From: an uncultured virus (IMG/VR IMGVR_UViG_3300035181_001402)
Taxonomy: Duplodnaviria; Heunggongvirae; Uroviricota; Caudoviricetes
DNA length: 20,000 nt
Direction: 5' to 3' (one strand)
Virus record (IMG/VR): IMGVR_UViG_3300035181_001402
Location: 108,097 to 128,096 of that record
The position numbers were made by a program, and so were the translations under genes. Below are positions 1 to 8,069 of the stretch, piece after piece (within the stretch, counting starts at the first letter, position 1; every line of letters begins with the position of its first letter). The notes beneath the pieces are model-generated. The model was not told where the DNA came from. It searched no databases and saw only the letters and a program-made list of their open reading frames with translations.

Positions 1-6
1 CAGGCC

Positions 7-498
7 ATGTCACGAGCTGCAAACCGGCCCTACGAGCACGACCAAGAAGCTCGCACCGAGAAGCGAGTCTTCATCGACCGAGCAAGGCTTCTTGCCCGTG
101 CTGCGGAAGTCTCCGACGACGCATGGATGCACAACTTCGCTCGGGATATCGCAACAAGGCTCGAACGAGCGGGCACCACCTGGAACCTATCCCCGGCTCA
201 AAGTGCCACCCTCGAAAAGGGGTTCGCTCGCTACCGTCTCTTGATGTCGCAGCCGGCGGAGATCTCCAGGCTGTTGGCCGAGAAGCAACAGGGGGCCCGA
301 TCCAAGTTCGAGGAGGAAGAGCGCATCACCAAATTGCGGATTCGCTGCATCAAGCTCATCGACACAGCAACGGAGCAGGATGACATGTGGGTCGCGAACT
401 TCGCGAAGAACGTCAACACCCTGATGAGGGACAAGAAGCCCCTCTCTTCACGTCAGAGCGAGATGCTGGAGAAGAGCCTCAAACGCTACAATCTGTGA
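7..498 (+). CDS. Hypothetical protein with two tandem helical repeats (DDxW..NFA...L....LS..QS..LEK...RY.L)
   Basis: 163-aa ORF; internal duplication DDAWMHNFARDIA..LSPAQSATLEKGFARYRL vs DDMWVANFAKNVN..LSSRQSEMLEKSLKRYNL. Confidence 0.85.
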   Translation: MSRAANRPYEHDQEARTEKRVFIDRARLLARAAEVSDDAWMHNFARDIATRLERAGTTWNLSPAQSATLEKGFARYRLLMSQPAEISRLLAEKQQGARSKFEEEERITKLRIRCIKLIDTATEQDDMWVANFAKNVNTLMRDKKPLSSRQSEMLEKSLKRYNL

Positions 499-868
499 TG
501 TTTGAAGCCCAGTAGATGACGTCCTTCTGAGAGTACGACCTCGCGTGCCCCATCTCTTCGAGCCATGCGAGACCATGCCGTAGAAGGGCAGAGGAGACCC
601 CCGACGTCTTCCGCCACGCTTCGAGCTGGGGCCACGTCCGAGGTTCCGACAAGTACTTGGAGATGGGGGCGGTCCACCCCACCCAACAAGGGTCCGTGAG
701 AGCGGGAGCCCGCACATCCGAGAGCCGGTGATCGAACTTGTTCTTGGGGTTTCCAGGAACAGGGACGGGTTTTTTGGTGCGGGAAGGTCTCTTCACAGAC
801 GGGACTTTTGCTGCGGGGGCCACGTAGGAAACAGGGAACCCCAAGTCGTCTTCCGTCTCTTGCCACAT
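479..868 (-). CDS. Hypothetical protein, possible C-terminal winged-helix DNA-binding domain
   Basis: 129 aa; GGTGTA 10 nt before ATG; ISKYLSEPRTWPQLE..VSSALLRHGLAWLEEMGHAR resembles a winged helix. Confidence 0.7.
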   Translation of the reverse strand: MWQETEDDLGFPVSYVAPAAKVPSVKRPSRTKKPVPVPGNPKNKFDHRLSDVRAPALTDPCWVGWTAPISKYLSEPRTWPQLEAWRKTSGVSSALLRHGLAWLEEMGHARSYSQKDVIYWASNITDCSV

Positions 869-932
869 CCCCCGTCCCTACACCGACACTTTTATCGTTG
901 CAGGACTCCCCAAAGAATCGTAGGAAATAGGT

Positions 933-1760
933 ATGGCCACCGTCATTGCTCAATGCAAGAGCTGTCATCAGATGATCTATTGGGAGGACCACATCGCGGG
1001 AGCTTGCTCCTGTCTTGAAGGCTCCTTGCGTCAGCTTCTCGCTCAGAAGCAACACGAACCGCGAGTCAAGCTACAACGACCAGCAACAATGGCCCGAACC
1101 GCGAGTCAAGCTGCGATCCGTCAACAGCTCCCCGACCTCACCCCCGAGATGCTCCTATCGAGCAGCGCCCTCCGAGAGATGAGGGCCGCCGAAGGCTACA
1201 CGCAGCGCATGCCCGTTCCTCGGGCTCCCCGAGAGGACAGGAACGTCTTTCGGCGTGAGTATGCAGCCTCCTTCGACTCCGAAGATGAGCCCGCTGAGGA
1301 CCCGGCGGCGTCCCTGGGGAGCCTGGAGGACATCTGGGGTGGGGCTGTGGCGAGGGATACCGGGCGGCGAGGAAGCCTCGACATCGATTTCTCGACCGGG
1401 GAGCTGGATTACGATCCCCCTGTGCAGCAAGCGAGGCCTTCGGGAATGGGGGCAGCCAGCCAGCCGCGCTTCAATGTCACGCGCCCCCCGACGGATCAGA
1501 CCGCGTTCCGTCGAGAGCTGGTTGGGGCCAACATGCGAGAGATCGGACGAACCCGAAACGGGCAGGTCATCTTCTCGGATCGGAGCACCCGCTCGGTTGA
1601 CGAACCCGCGCCCCGTCCGAGCTTCATCGAGCACACCTCCAGGGCTGTGCCTGCCCCTCAAGCAAACGCCCGTACTGCGGCGATTCGAGCTGCGGAGCAT
1701 GCGAAGCTCCCGACGGCGTTCGAGGTTCTACAGAGGCCCTTCCTCGAAGACGACGACTGA
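933..1760 (+). CDS. Hypothetical protein, N-terminal CxxC..CxC Zn motif, disordered body, C-terminal tag variant (PTAFEVL..FLEDDD)
   Basis: 275-aa ORF, CKSC...H..ACSC, high-GC3 codons. Confidence 0.75.
   Translation: MATVIAQCKSCHQMIYWEDHIAGACSCLEGSLRQLLAQKQHEPRVKLQRPATMARTASQAAIRQQLPDLTPEMLLSSSALREMRAAEGYTQRMPVPRAPREDRNVFRREYAASFDSEDEPAEDPAASLGSLEDIWGGAVARDTGRRGSLDIDFSTGELDYDPPVQQARPSGMGAASQPRFNVTRPPTDQTAFRRELVGANMREIGRTRNGQVIFSDRSTRSVDEPAPRPSFIEHTSRAVPAPQANARTAAIRAAEHAKLPTAFEVLQRPFLEDDD
1055..1112 (+). repeat. 18-bp direct repeat, 40-bp period
   Basis: cgaaccgcgagtcaagct at 1055-1072 and 1095-1112. Confidence 0.85.
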
Positions 1761-1784
1761 TTTGGGGTCGTCTTGGGGGTCCGT

Positions 1785-1790
1785 GGTGTA
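1785..1790 (+). promoter_or_regulatory. GGTGTA element (representative; others at 879-, 2585+, 3758+, 4480+, 4948+, 6249-, 7045-, 9513-, 10780-, 13371+, 15111+, 17032+)
   Basis: Recurrent hexamer, usually 9-11 nt before ATG. Confidence 0.75.
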
Positions 1791-1800
1791 ACCTAGAGCC

Positions 1801-2607
1801 ATGGACAAGGACGCATTCGTTCGACTGCTTCGCGGCATGCTCCCGCACATCTACGTCAATGCGGAGGAAGGGGCTTTGCTCCGCATCTTGAATGGGATGA
1901 AGGCGGCGGATACGACAGACCCCGAGAACCACACGAGGATCGAGGTGTTCAACTCCGAACGCGGTCTTGTTCCTCTGCGCGAGTATCTTGCGCAAGGGGT
2001 GCGACCCCCGGTCCGCTTGGTGCCGGTCCGCTTTCGAAAGTTCTTTCTTTCGCTCCCCCAGTCCGACGACTTCCGTCGGATCTACATCATCCTCGACGGA
2101 GATCGCTGGCTTCAGGACCCGGAAGCTCATCGCCACATTCGGGACAAGGCGAGCCGGCGCACCTTGGATCCGTGCGACACGCACACTTTGGTCTTCGTGG
2201 GCAGCTCCAAGGGAATCCCCGAGGACCTCGCGGACATCGTGCATGTCGTTCCGGAGCGGTTCGTCGAGGACCTGGAGAGCATTCAGACGCACCTGGACAC
2301 CTTGGACAAGATGTTTCAAGAGATGGCGCCCCAGTCGAATAGCAGCACCGCGCAAGTTCAGGGCATGAAGTACAACGCTCCTGGCATCGCCAACGAGTTG
2401 GTTGGTCTGAGCCTGACGCAAATCGATGGTGTGATTGCTCAATGCATCCTCGACTGCGCAAAGTCGACGGCCCTTGTGCAGATCCTTCCGGTCGAGCTGG
2501 TCCGGTTTCATCGCTACCGGCTCTTCAGGGCTCAAGCCCCTCGACCGACACCCCCACCATGCACTGAGCTGGACAGCATGGGGCGGTGTAGTCCCGCCCC
2601 ATGCTAG
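1801..2607 (+). CDS. Ycf46-like AAA protein N-terminal (degenerate) region lacking the C-terminal ATPase domain
   Basis: Ordered motifs PHIYVNAEE, FNSERGL, IYIILDGDRWLQDP, LVFVG..IPEDL, LVGLSLTQID match the recalled Ycf46 N-domain pattern; no Walker A; GGTGTA 10 nt upstream. Confidence 0.6.
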   Translation: MDKDAFVRLLRGMLPHIYVNAEEGALLRILNGMKAADTTDPENHTRIEVFNSERGLVPLREYLAQGVRPPVRLVPVRFRKFFLSLPQSDDFRRIYIILDGDRWLQDPEAHRHIRDKASRRTLDPCDTHTLVFVGSSKGIPEDLADIVHVVPERFVEDLESIQTHLDTLDKMFQEMAPQSNSSTAQVQGMKYNAPGIANELVGLSLTQIDGVIAQCILDCAKSTALVQILPVELVRFHRYRLFRAQAPRPTPPPCTELDSMGRCSPAPC

Positions 2608-3038
2608 ACATGTCCTCTCCCGAGTCCTTCATCAAGGGCCTCAGCATCCTCAACAACCTCAAGGACCTTGTCGTCGAGAACTCGACGAAGAAGGGCTTCC
2701 GTGAGAAGCTCATGGAGGGCTTGACGGCAACTCAGATCGCGGGCCCGATCGGCATCCTCATCCGAGCTGCCGTGATGACGATGAACGAGGTCGGCGAGCT
2801 GGCCGAGTTTTGGGAATCGTTTCGGGATGGGACTCTCTTCTCGGAGTGCGATAAGGCCGAGAAGATGCGCTCGATGGGGCTACCCGTTCTCACGAGCGCC
2901 GAAGAAGAAGTCGCGGACTCCTTCATTCGGACTCTCGATCGGGCCGAAGCCTTCAACGTCGATGTGGCGAAGGCTGTCGCCGTGAAGATGCTGATGAACG
3001 CAGGGCGCGCGCATCTTCACGGCGGGAAGCGGGCCTAG
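2601..3038 (+). CDS. MazG-like nucleotide pyrophosphohydrolase
   Basis: KKGF..NEVGELAEFWESFR..EEEVADSFIRTLD..AVAVKMLMNAGRAHLHGGK; ExxE/EExAD metal ligands and phage-type KMxxNxxRxxxHGGK tail. Confidence 0.85.
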   Translation: MLDMSSPESFIKGLSILNNLKDLVVENSTKKGFREKLMEGLTATQIAGPIGILIRAAVMTMNEVGELAEFWESFRDGTLFSECDKAEKMRSMGLPVLTSAEEEVADSFIRTLDRAEAFNVDVAKAVAVKMLMNAGRAHLHGGKRA

Positions 3039-3721
3039 AAGCAGGTCCCCTCGATGAACCATCCGCCGACCTTGCTCTCTGCCGTGCAGATGCTTCCGTG
3101 CTTGCAGAAGCCGAGGTCGGCCGGGTCACCCGAGCAGAGGAGCTTCCTCATCGGGTCGTTCCACTTCCCCTGGTAGAGCTTGTACCCGTTTGGGGAAGTA
3201 TCCCCCGACCCGTAGCACCCGAGCACCGTGTAGTACCCGCCGCCAGGCTGCGGAACAGCACAGACGACGGGCACATGGGGCAGGCAGACTTCGTCGAGGC
3301 AGACTCCGTCGGGACAGAGATCCCCATCCGTCGCGCAGAATCCGCCACCCGAAGACGAAGACGCCGAAACGGAGGTCGACGAGCTGGTATCGCTCGTCCC
3401 TCCGTCCATCCCACCCGTCGTCCCCATCTCACCCCCAGCTCCGCCGAGTCCAGACGTCCCTCCCGTGCCGCCCGTACCGGACGAGGTCTCGCTGGAGCCG
3501 CCCGTACCCGAGGAGCTGGAGCTGGACGACACGGAGACCGTGGTTCCACCTTCGCCGCCCGTGCCGGAGCTGGAGGAAGCCGAGGAGCTGGATGAAGTCG
3601 TCGAAGACGAGCTGGAGGCCGTCGAAGACGAGCTGGAGGTGGTGTCGGGCCACGGGACCGTGTAGTCCGTGCCGCAACCGAGGACAAAACCAGAGAGTAT
3701 GACCAGAACGGTGTGCTTCAT
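3035..3721 (-). CDS. Putative lipoprotein with Ser/Gly/Thr-rich linker and Cys-rich C-terminal domain
   Basis: MKHTVLVILSGFVLG-C lipobox, low-complexity linker, multiple Cys; GAGG upstream. Confidence 0.8.
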   Translation of the reverse strand: MKHTVLVILSGFVLGCGTDYTVPWPDTTSSSSSTASSSSSTTSSSSSASSSSGTGGEGGTTVSVSSSSSSSGTGGSSETSSGTGGTGGTSGLGGAGGEMGTTGGMDGGTSDTSSSTSVSASSSSGGGFCATDGDLCPDGVCLDEVCLPHVPVVCAVPQPGGGYYTVLGCYGSGDTSPNGYKLYQGKWNDPMRKLLCSGDPADLGFCKHGSICTAESKVGGWFIEGTCF

Positions 3722-3776
3722 GTAGCCTCTACAGTCCGACCTGGATTCGGATCAACTGGTGTAAGTAAAAAAAGCC

Positions 3777-4259
3777 ATGCCCAAGCTCGACAAGAAACTC
3801 CGCCTGGAAGTCGCACAGACTGTGCTCGATGGAGGATCCGTCCTCTTTCTCACTCCGAACTCAGAAATGACTGACCGGGTTGCAGACCTCTTCAGGAAGG
3901 CGTTCGTGGAGAACGCCATGGAGGTGAAGGGCTGCGCGGAACTCACCGCCCGCAAGCTCATGAAGCCGGAAGGCGCAAATCCGAGCTATGTCCAGCTCGC
4001 GAAGGGCCCCGGCCACGCCTTCTTCCACCCGAACCAGGACATGACCGCCGACGAAGAAATCGGGAATCCGACCTTCGTTTACTGGCCGACCGAGGGCGGG
4101 GACTACCAGAAGGTGCCCTACAACACATGGAAGAGGGAGCGGCGGGCTCACCTCTGGCGGCCGGTTCACCTGAAGGGGCAGCTCCTCTGGGAGGACACGC
4201 CGGCTGTTGTCGCGGGCCCGTTGAATGCTTGGGCCAAGATCCTGGAGGATGACCTGTGA
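3777..4259 (+). CDS. Hypothetical protein with C-terminal tag (PLNAWAKILEDDL)
   Basis: 160 aa; GGTGTA 13 nt upstream; stop overlaps next start. Confidence 0.85.
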   Translation: MPKLDKKLRLEVAQTVLDGGSVLFLTPNSEMTDRVADLFRKAFVENAMEVKGCAELTARKLMKPEGANPSYVQLAKGPGHAFFHPNQDMTADEEIGNPTFVYWPTEGGDYQKVPYNTWKRERRAHLWRPVHLKGQLLWEDTPAVVAGPLNAWAKILEDDL

Positions 4260-4498
4260 CCCCAAGCGAGATGCGGCTGGCGGGCATCCTCCTGGAGATG
4301 GCGGCCGACGAGTTCGGCAATCACGGCTGCAACGACTTCAAGTTGCCACCGATGCCGGAGACAGCCGTGCGCGACCTCCTCACGGAGTACTACGCCCCGG
4401 ATCCGATCCCTGACCTTCAAAAAAAGAGCCCCATCCTCAACGACGCGATCCTCATGTCGTTGATGGCCAAGAAGCTTCTGGTGTATGCCGGGCCATGA
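4256..4498 (+). CDS. Small phage-type hypothetical protein (LEMAADEFGNHGCND motif)
   Basis: GTG start overlaps upstream TGA; ATGA overlap with next gene. Confidence 0.8.
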   Translation: MTPSEMRLAGILLEMAADEFGNHGCNDFKLPPMPETAVRDLLTEYYAPDPIPDLQKKSPILNDAILMSLMAKKLLVYAGP

Positions 4499-4920
4499 GC
4501 ACGACGGCTTGGGACCTGATCCTCAACGACTTCGATGAGATCGAAGAACGGATCACGGCGGCCTGCCTCGCCTGCAAAGCCCGCGGCATCATCGTCCAGT
4601 CCGGCGACTGGGGCGTCACCTATGACGAAGACTCCCACGTGTGGGTACAAGGCACACCATGGAGATCGAACCCAGGACTTCCTGTGAATCTCCTCGGCGC
4701 CTTGATTCTCAACGAGAATCAAGGCGCCGAGACCTACATCTACGAAATGCGGGTTAGGTATGCTCCCACCGCCACGGTAAGCAGGCTCCTCGGCGTCGGG
4801 GTCGCCGGGACTATCTCATTCTTCGCGGGGTGCGATGCAGCTAGATTCCCTTCCGAGGGAACCCGGACTGCCTATGACCTCGGACAGCGGTTGGCAACAG
4901 AGATTTCGCATCCTCTGTGA
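4495..4920 (+). CDS. Hypothetical protein with the tag at its N-terminus (MSTTAWDLILNDFDE)
   Basis: 141 aa; GGTGTA 9 nt upstream. Confidence 0.8.
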   Translation: MSTTAWDLILNDFDEIEERITAACLACKARGIIVQSGDWGVTYDEDSHVWVQGTPWRSNPGLPVNLLGALILNENQGAETYIYEMRVRYAPTATVSRLLGVGVAGTISFFAGCDAARFPSEGTRTAYDLGQRLATEISHPL

Positions 4921-4963
4921 AATCTCTGAATGTCCGGGATAATTTCTGGTGTACTACGGAAGT

Positions 4964-5257
4964 ATGACCGACCTCACTTCGATTCCGACCGCGACCGCAA
5001 CTGCAACCCCGAAGCGCACCAAGCGCTCGGCCAAGAAGACCGTGGCCAAGAAGACCGTGGACACCACCATCAACGCCGTGGCTGCGTGGGCGACCACCAA
5101 GGCCAAGGCCAAGAAGGGTGACCGCGCCATGTTCGAAGCCGCCGCCGGCTTACTCAACCAGCTCGCCAGCGCTCAGGCTGCGCTCCTCGCGAACCTCAGC
5201 CCCAGCGTGCTGAAGGCCGTCAAGGACCGCCTCGCTTCGCTCCCCTACGGGAAGTGA
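4964..5257 (+). CDS. Small Lys/Ala/Thr-rich basic protein, possibly histone-like
   Basis: ATG 10 nt after GGTGTA; KRTKRSAKKTVAKKT; strong codon bias; followed by terminator. Confidence 0.75.
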   Translation: MTDLTSIPTATATATPKRTKRSAKKTVAKKTVDTTINAVAAWATTKAKAKKGDRAMFEAAAGLLNQLASAQAALLANLSPSVLKAVKDRLASLPYGK

Positions 5258-5261
5258 ACGC

Positions 5262-5300
5262 AAAAAAGCCCCCGGAGCATCTCGCTCCGGGGGCTTTTTT
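5262..5300. terminator. Bidirectional intrinsic terminator
   Basis: Perfect 17-bp inverted repeat aaaaaagcccccggagc-atctc-gctccgggggctttttt between convergent genes. Confidence 0.92.
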
Positions 5301-5304
5301 CGTT

Positions 5305-6153
5305 TCAGCCGGCCTTCTTCCAGCCATCCTCAGTCAGCGTGACCCGGAAGGTCCCCCGCGGGTTGTCCTTCGAGGTCCCGTTGTCCCTCTCGTTCAGCCA
5401 GAACCGGATGCCCAGCCCCGGCTTCTGGTGAAGAAGCCAGACGAAGCAGACCCCGCCACCATTCTCCAGCTCGCGAGAGACGACCATCGGACGACCGTCG
5501 CGGTGGACCAGGATGCGCTCATCCGCGTCCTTGATGCGACGGAGGTTGTTGACCGTGCAGTTCGAGTTCCTCGTGCAACCCGCCCGCTTCGCCGAGTGAA
5601 TGACCGCCGTACCGACGACCGTGTAGTACTTCCCGTCGTGACGGAGAGTATCGATGAAGGGGTGCTTCAACCCCTTCGCGAAACGGTCTGCCGTTTCCTC
5701 CAGAGCCACCTGAAGGCCATCCTTCAGGGCAGCCGGAGCGGCATCGTTCACGTCCTCCAAAAGGAGGTCCATGTCCGCCGGATCGAGCGCGAGATTCACG
5801 CCCGGGTTCGAGGGCGGAGTCTTCTCCTCCTTCCCCTGAAGGAAGTTCCGAAGAGCCTCTTCCGTCTTGGAACGGACAGCCTCCGGAAGCTTGAGCGCCT
5901 CGATCGGAACCTCCTTGTGAAGATCCAGAACCGGCGCCTGTTCCGTGACGGGGAAGAGCCTGGATAGTATCGTCCAGGCGTGGCGGTTCGTCTCCGCCGG
6001 GTACTGCTTGCCCATCGGCTCCGACATCAGCCGCTCCAGGAACTTGGTCCGCACCGCGTCCACCTTGTCGGGCCGGAGAGCGCCCTCCGAAGCGAGAACC
6101 GCCGTGAGGGTCTGGAGTAGAAACGAGTTCGAGCCTTCCTTGATCTTCGCCAT
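5305..6153 (-). CDS. Hypothetical protein
   Basis: Long ORF; likely start MAKIKEG at 6153 with GAGGTG upstream. Confidence 0.8.
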   Translation of the reverse strand: MAKIKEGSNSFLLQTLTAVLASEGALRPDKVDAVRTKFLERLMSEPMGKQYPAETNRHAWTILSRLFPVTEQAPVLDLHKEVPIEALKLPEAVRSKTEEALRNFLQGKEEKTPPSNPGVNLALDPADMDLLLEDVNDAAPAALKDGLQVALEETADRFAKGLKHPFIDTLRHDGKYYTVVGTAVIHSAKRAGCTRNSNCTVNNLRRIKDADERILVHRDGRPMVVSRELENGGGVCFVWLLHQKPGLGIRFWLNERDNGTSKDNPRGTFRVTLTEDGWKKAG

Positions 6154-6279
6154 GACACACCTCTGTGTGAGTGTTTCGACCCTCGGTCCTCCACTGAGGA
6201 CTCCGAGGGAGACAGAGACTCCTCTGAGCCCCGGTCGTATACCCACTCTACACCAGAGATATCGTGTCTCGGACAGAAA

Positions 6280-6642
6280 TCAGAAGTCTTCGTCTTCTTT
6301 CATCAGACGCTCATGCCACGTCCGAACACTCGGCACCGAAGACGGCCCATAGTGCTTATAGTCGATGTGGCTCACGAATTTGCGAATGAGCTGGGGTTGC
6401 CCCATCGCCCATCGAGCGGGATACAGAACATTGAGCCCTTGGACTTCATGGGTGTGAGGCCGGCTATACCCGTCTCGGAAGCAGACAGTCATTTCAGACT
6501 GAGCACTGTTTGGGGGTGAATAGACATGCACCTCTTGAACATGCTCGTCGCTTCTCAAGACTGATTGAAAGTGACGGAAACGAGTGAACTCCTCGGAGTT
6601 CGAGGTGGGGAATCTCAGATCCCAAATAACCAGGTCAGGCAT
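6280..6642 (-). CDS. Hypothetical protein with C-terminal tag (VRTWHERLMKEDEDF)
   Basis: GGAGG 6 nt before ATG at 6642. Confidence 0.8.
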   Translation of the reverse strand: MPDLVIWDLRFPTSNSEEFTRFRHFQSVLRSDEHVQEVHVYSPPNSAQSEMTVCFRDGYSRPHTHEVQGLNVLYPARWAMGQPQLIRKFVSHIDYKHYGPSSVPSVRTWHERLMKEDEDF

Positions 6643-6643
6643 A

Positions 6644-7033
6644 TCAATCCTCCAGGATGGCATCCCAGGCCGTGGGATGCTTCAAAGGCGACCATTCCAA
6701 ACAGAAGTCATCCCAAGACGAAATCCTGAATTGTTTCGAGTCGTCCCGGCGGTAAGACAGCCAGCCCTTTTTGATGGTCACGACGGAGACCATATTTCGG
6801 AAGTGTGTGGGATCCTTGTCCACGAACACCGCGTCATGGTGTACCCAATGAGGGACCAGCGTGCCCCCTTCTCTCGGTTTGAACGGGGCCCAGCCAAGCT
6901 CGATCTTCTCGAATGAGGTGTCTACGGATTCGCCCACCGCCAGAAGCCAGATACCATCCGCAGAAAGAGCGACCACTTCAGCCCAGTAGGCGGGTCCTTC
7001 AAGCTCCAGCCAATCCCCAATTTCGTAGGCCAT
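6644..7033 (-). CDS. Hypothetical protein with tandem small beta domains and C-terminal tag (HPTAWDAILED)
   Basis: ATG at 7033 is 11 nt after GGTGTA; PHWV...DDFCLEWSP unit. Confidence 0.8.
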   Translation of the reverse strand: MAYEIGDWLELEGPAYWAEVVALSADGIWLLAVGESVDTSFEKIELGWAPFKPREGGTLVPHWVHHDAVFVDKDPTHFRNMVSVVTIKKGWLSYRRDDSKQFRISSWDDFCLEWSPLKHPTAWDAILED

Positions 7034-7050
7034 CCCCAAGAGATTACACC

Positions 7051-7377
7051 ATGAAGTGGAACGTCGACAAAGCCCTGACGGAATTGGCGAAGTGGGCAAG
7101 CGATCGGGACACCTTGGCGGGCATCTCGCAGGTCTACGTGGACGCTTCGAGGGCGACAGAGGTTGGGGTGCATCCGACCCCGCCCGAGACGCAGCGGGGT
7201 GTCTGCTTCGTCTGGAAGGTATATCTCCTCGCCGGGATGAACATCCACAGCTTCTACGGCCGGACGATCCAGGAGGCCTACCACAAGGCTCGCCGGATGC
7301 TGAGGCCGCCGGTCGGCAAGTCGACCAAGAAGAAGGTTGATCGGTTCAAACGCCGTCGTGTAGGACACGAGCAATGA
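7051..7377 (+). CDS. Hypothetical protein with basic C-terminus
   Basis: Start MKWNVDK at 7051; ATGA overlap with next gene. Confidence 0.75.
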   Translation: MKWNVDKALTELAKWASDRDTLAGISQVYVDASRATEVGVHPTPPETQRGVCFVWKVYLLAGMNIHSFYGRTIQEAYHKARRMLRPPVGKSTKKKVDRFKRRRVGHEQ

Positions 7378-7611
7378 GCGAACCCGAAACGAAAGCCGAA
7401 AAAGAACCCGCTTGCATGGCCATTTCGTGGGCCATCAACCCCTACATCGTCACCCTTGCGGTCCGGGGGGATGGTGGTGTACGTCACAAAAAGCGTGGGG
7501 ACCCACGCTCACCACAAGTACATCGGGACCTTCGGAGCCCCCGACGAAACAGCGGAGATGGAACATCTCCGCGGCTTCCGGGATCTGATCCAGAGGAAGT
7601 TCGCGAAATGA
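7374..7611 (+). CDS. Hypothetical protein, apparent frameshift at G6 run 7465-7470
   Basis: Removing one G gives ..AVRGMVVYVTKSVGTHAHHKYIGTFGAPDETAEMEHLRGFRDLIQRKFAK*, whose TGA forms an ATGA overlap with the 7608 start. Confidence 0.65.
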
Positions 7612-7885
7612 AAGAGAAAAAGCCCCCCATCTCTCTGAAGGCTGTCCGCAAGGCGTGCAGCTTGCCGGAGAACGTCGCAAGCGTCGCCTGGTGGAGCAAC
7701 ATGTTCCACGTCTGGTGGTACAAGCCTATCGACGTCAGGAAGGCACAGGAGCGTCTGAACAAGCTCCTGGACGACAAGGGAGTGCATGATGGGCGTTGCC
7801 CTACGCTCTGAGTACCCTTGTTGGGGATCGTCCCGCCTTCACGGTCGACGACGTCTACACGCCTCCCATGCACATCCTGGAGTAA
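7608..7885 (+). CDS. Hypothetical protein; stops at 7811 as written, possibly extends to 7885 via an indel at GGG 7791-7793
   Basis: MKEKKPPISLKAVRKAC..; alternative frame ALPYALSTLVGDRPAFTVDDVYTPPMHILE* has gene-like codons. Confidence 0.55.
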
Positions 7886-8022
7886 GAATCTTGGGTACGC
7901 GAGCCTGAATCCCTATATGGTCAAGACTCGCGTACGTCGTCCGGTGGACCTTCCCAGTAATGGGTGAGCTACGATGCTCTTGAGCCATTCGACCGCGGAA
8001 TCAACAGCGGGCAAACCCGGCG

Positions 8023-8055
8023 GGCGTGGTGGAAAGCCACGCCACTTTTACTTTT
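8023..8055 (+). terminator. Probable intrinsic terminator
   Basis: ggcgtgg-tggaaag-ccacgcc stem followed by acttttactttt. Confidence 0.65.
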
Positions 8056-8069
8056 AGATGAGCGCATGT

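Noticed and set aside
1055..1112. Mini CRISPR array
   Set aside because: Only two 18-bp copies with a 22-nt gap, inside an ORF, and no cas genes.
3380..3645. Tandem DNA repeats such as gtcgaagacgagctggagg
   Set aside because: Explained by the Ser/Gly-rich protein linker; the same applies to the repeats at 9545-9790 and the PPQEL duplication near 11630-11670.
6160..6250. Hammerhead ribozyme or tRNA in the structured leader
   Set aside because: CTGAGGA is on the + strand and GAAAC on the - strand, so no complete core lies on one strand; there is no tRNA cloverleaf.
8005..8045. c-di-GMP-I riboswitch (GGCAAACC)
   Set aside because: The GAAA-capped stem, GACGCAAAGC and the second stem are missing.
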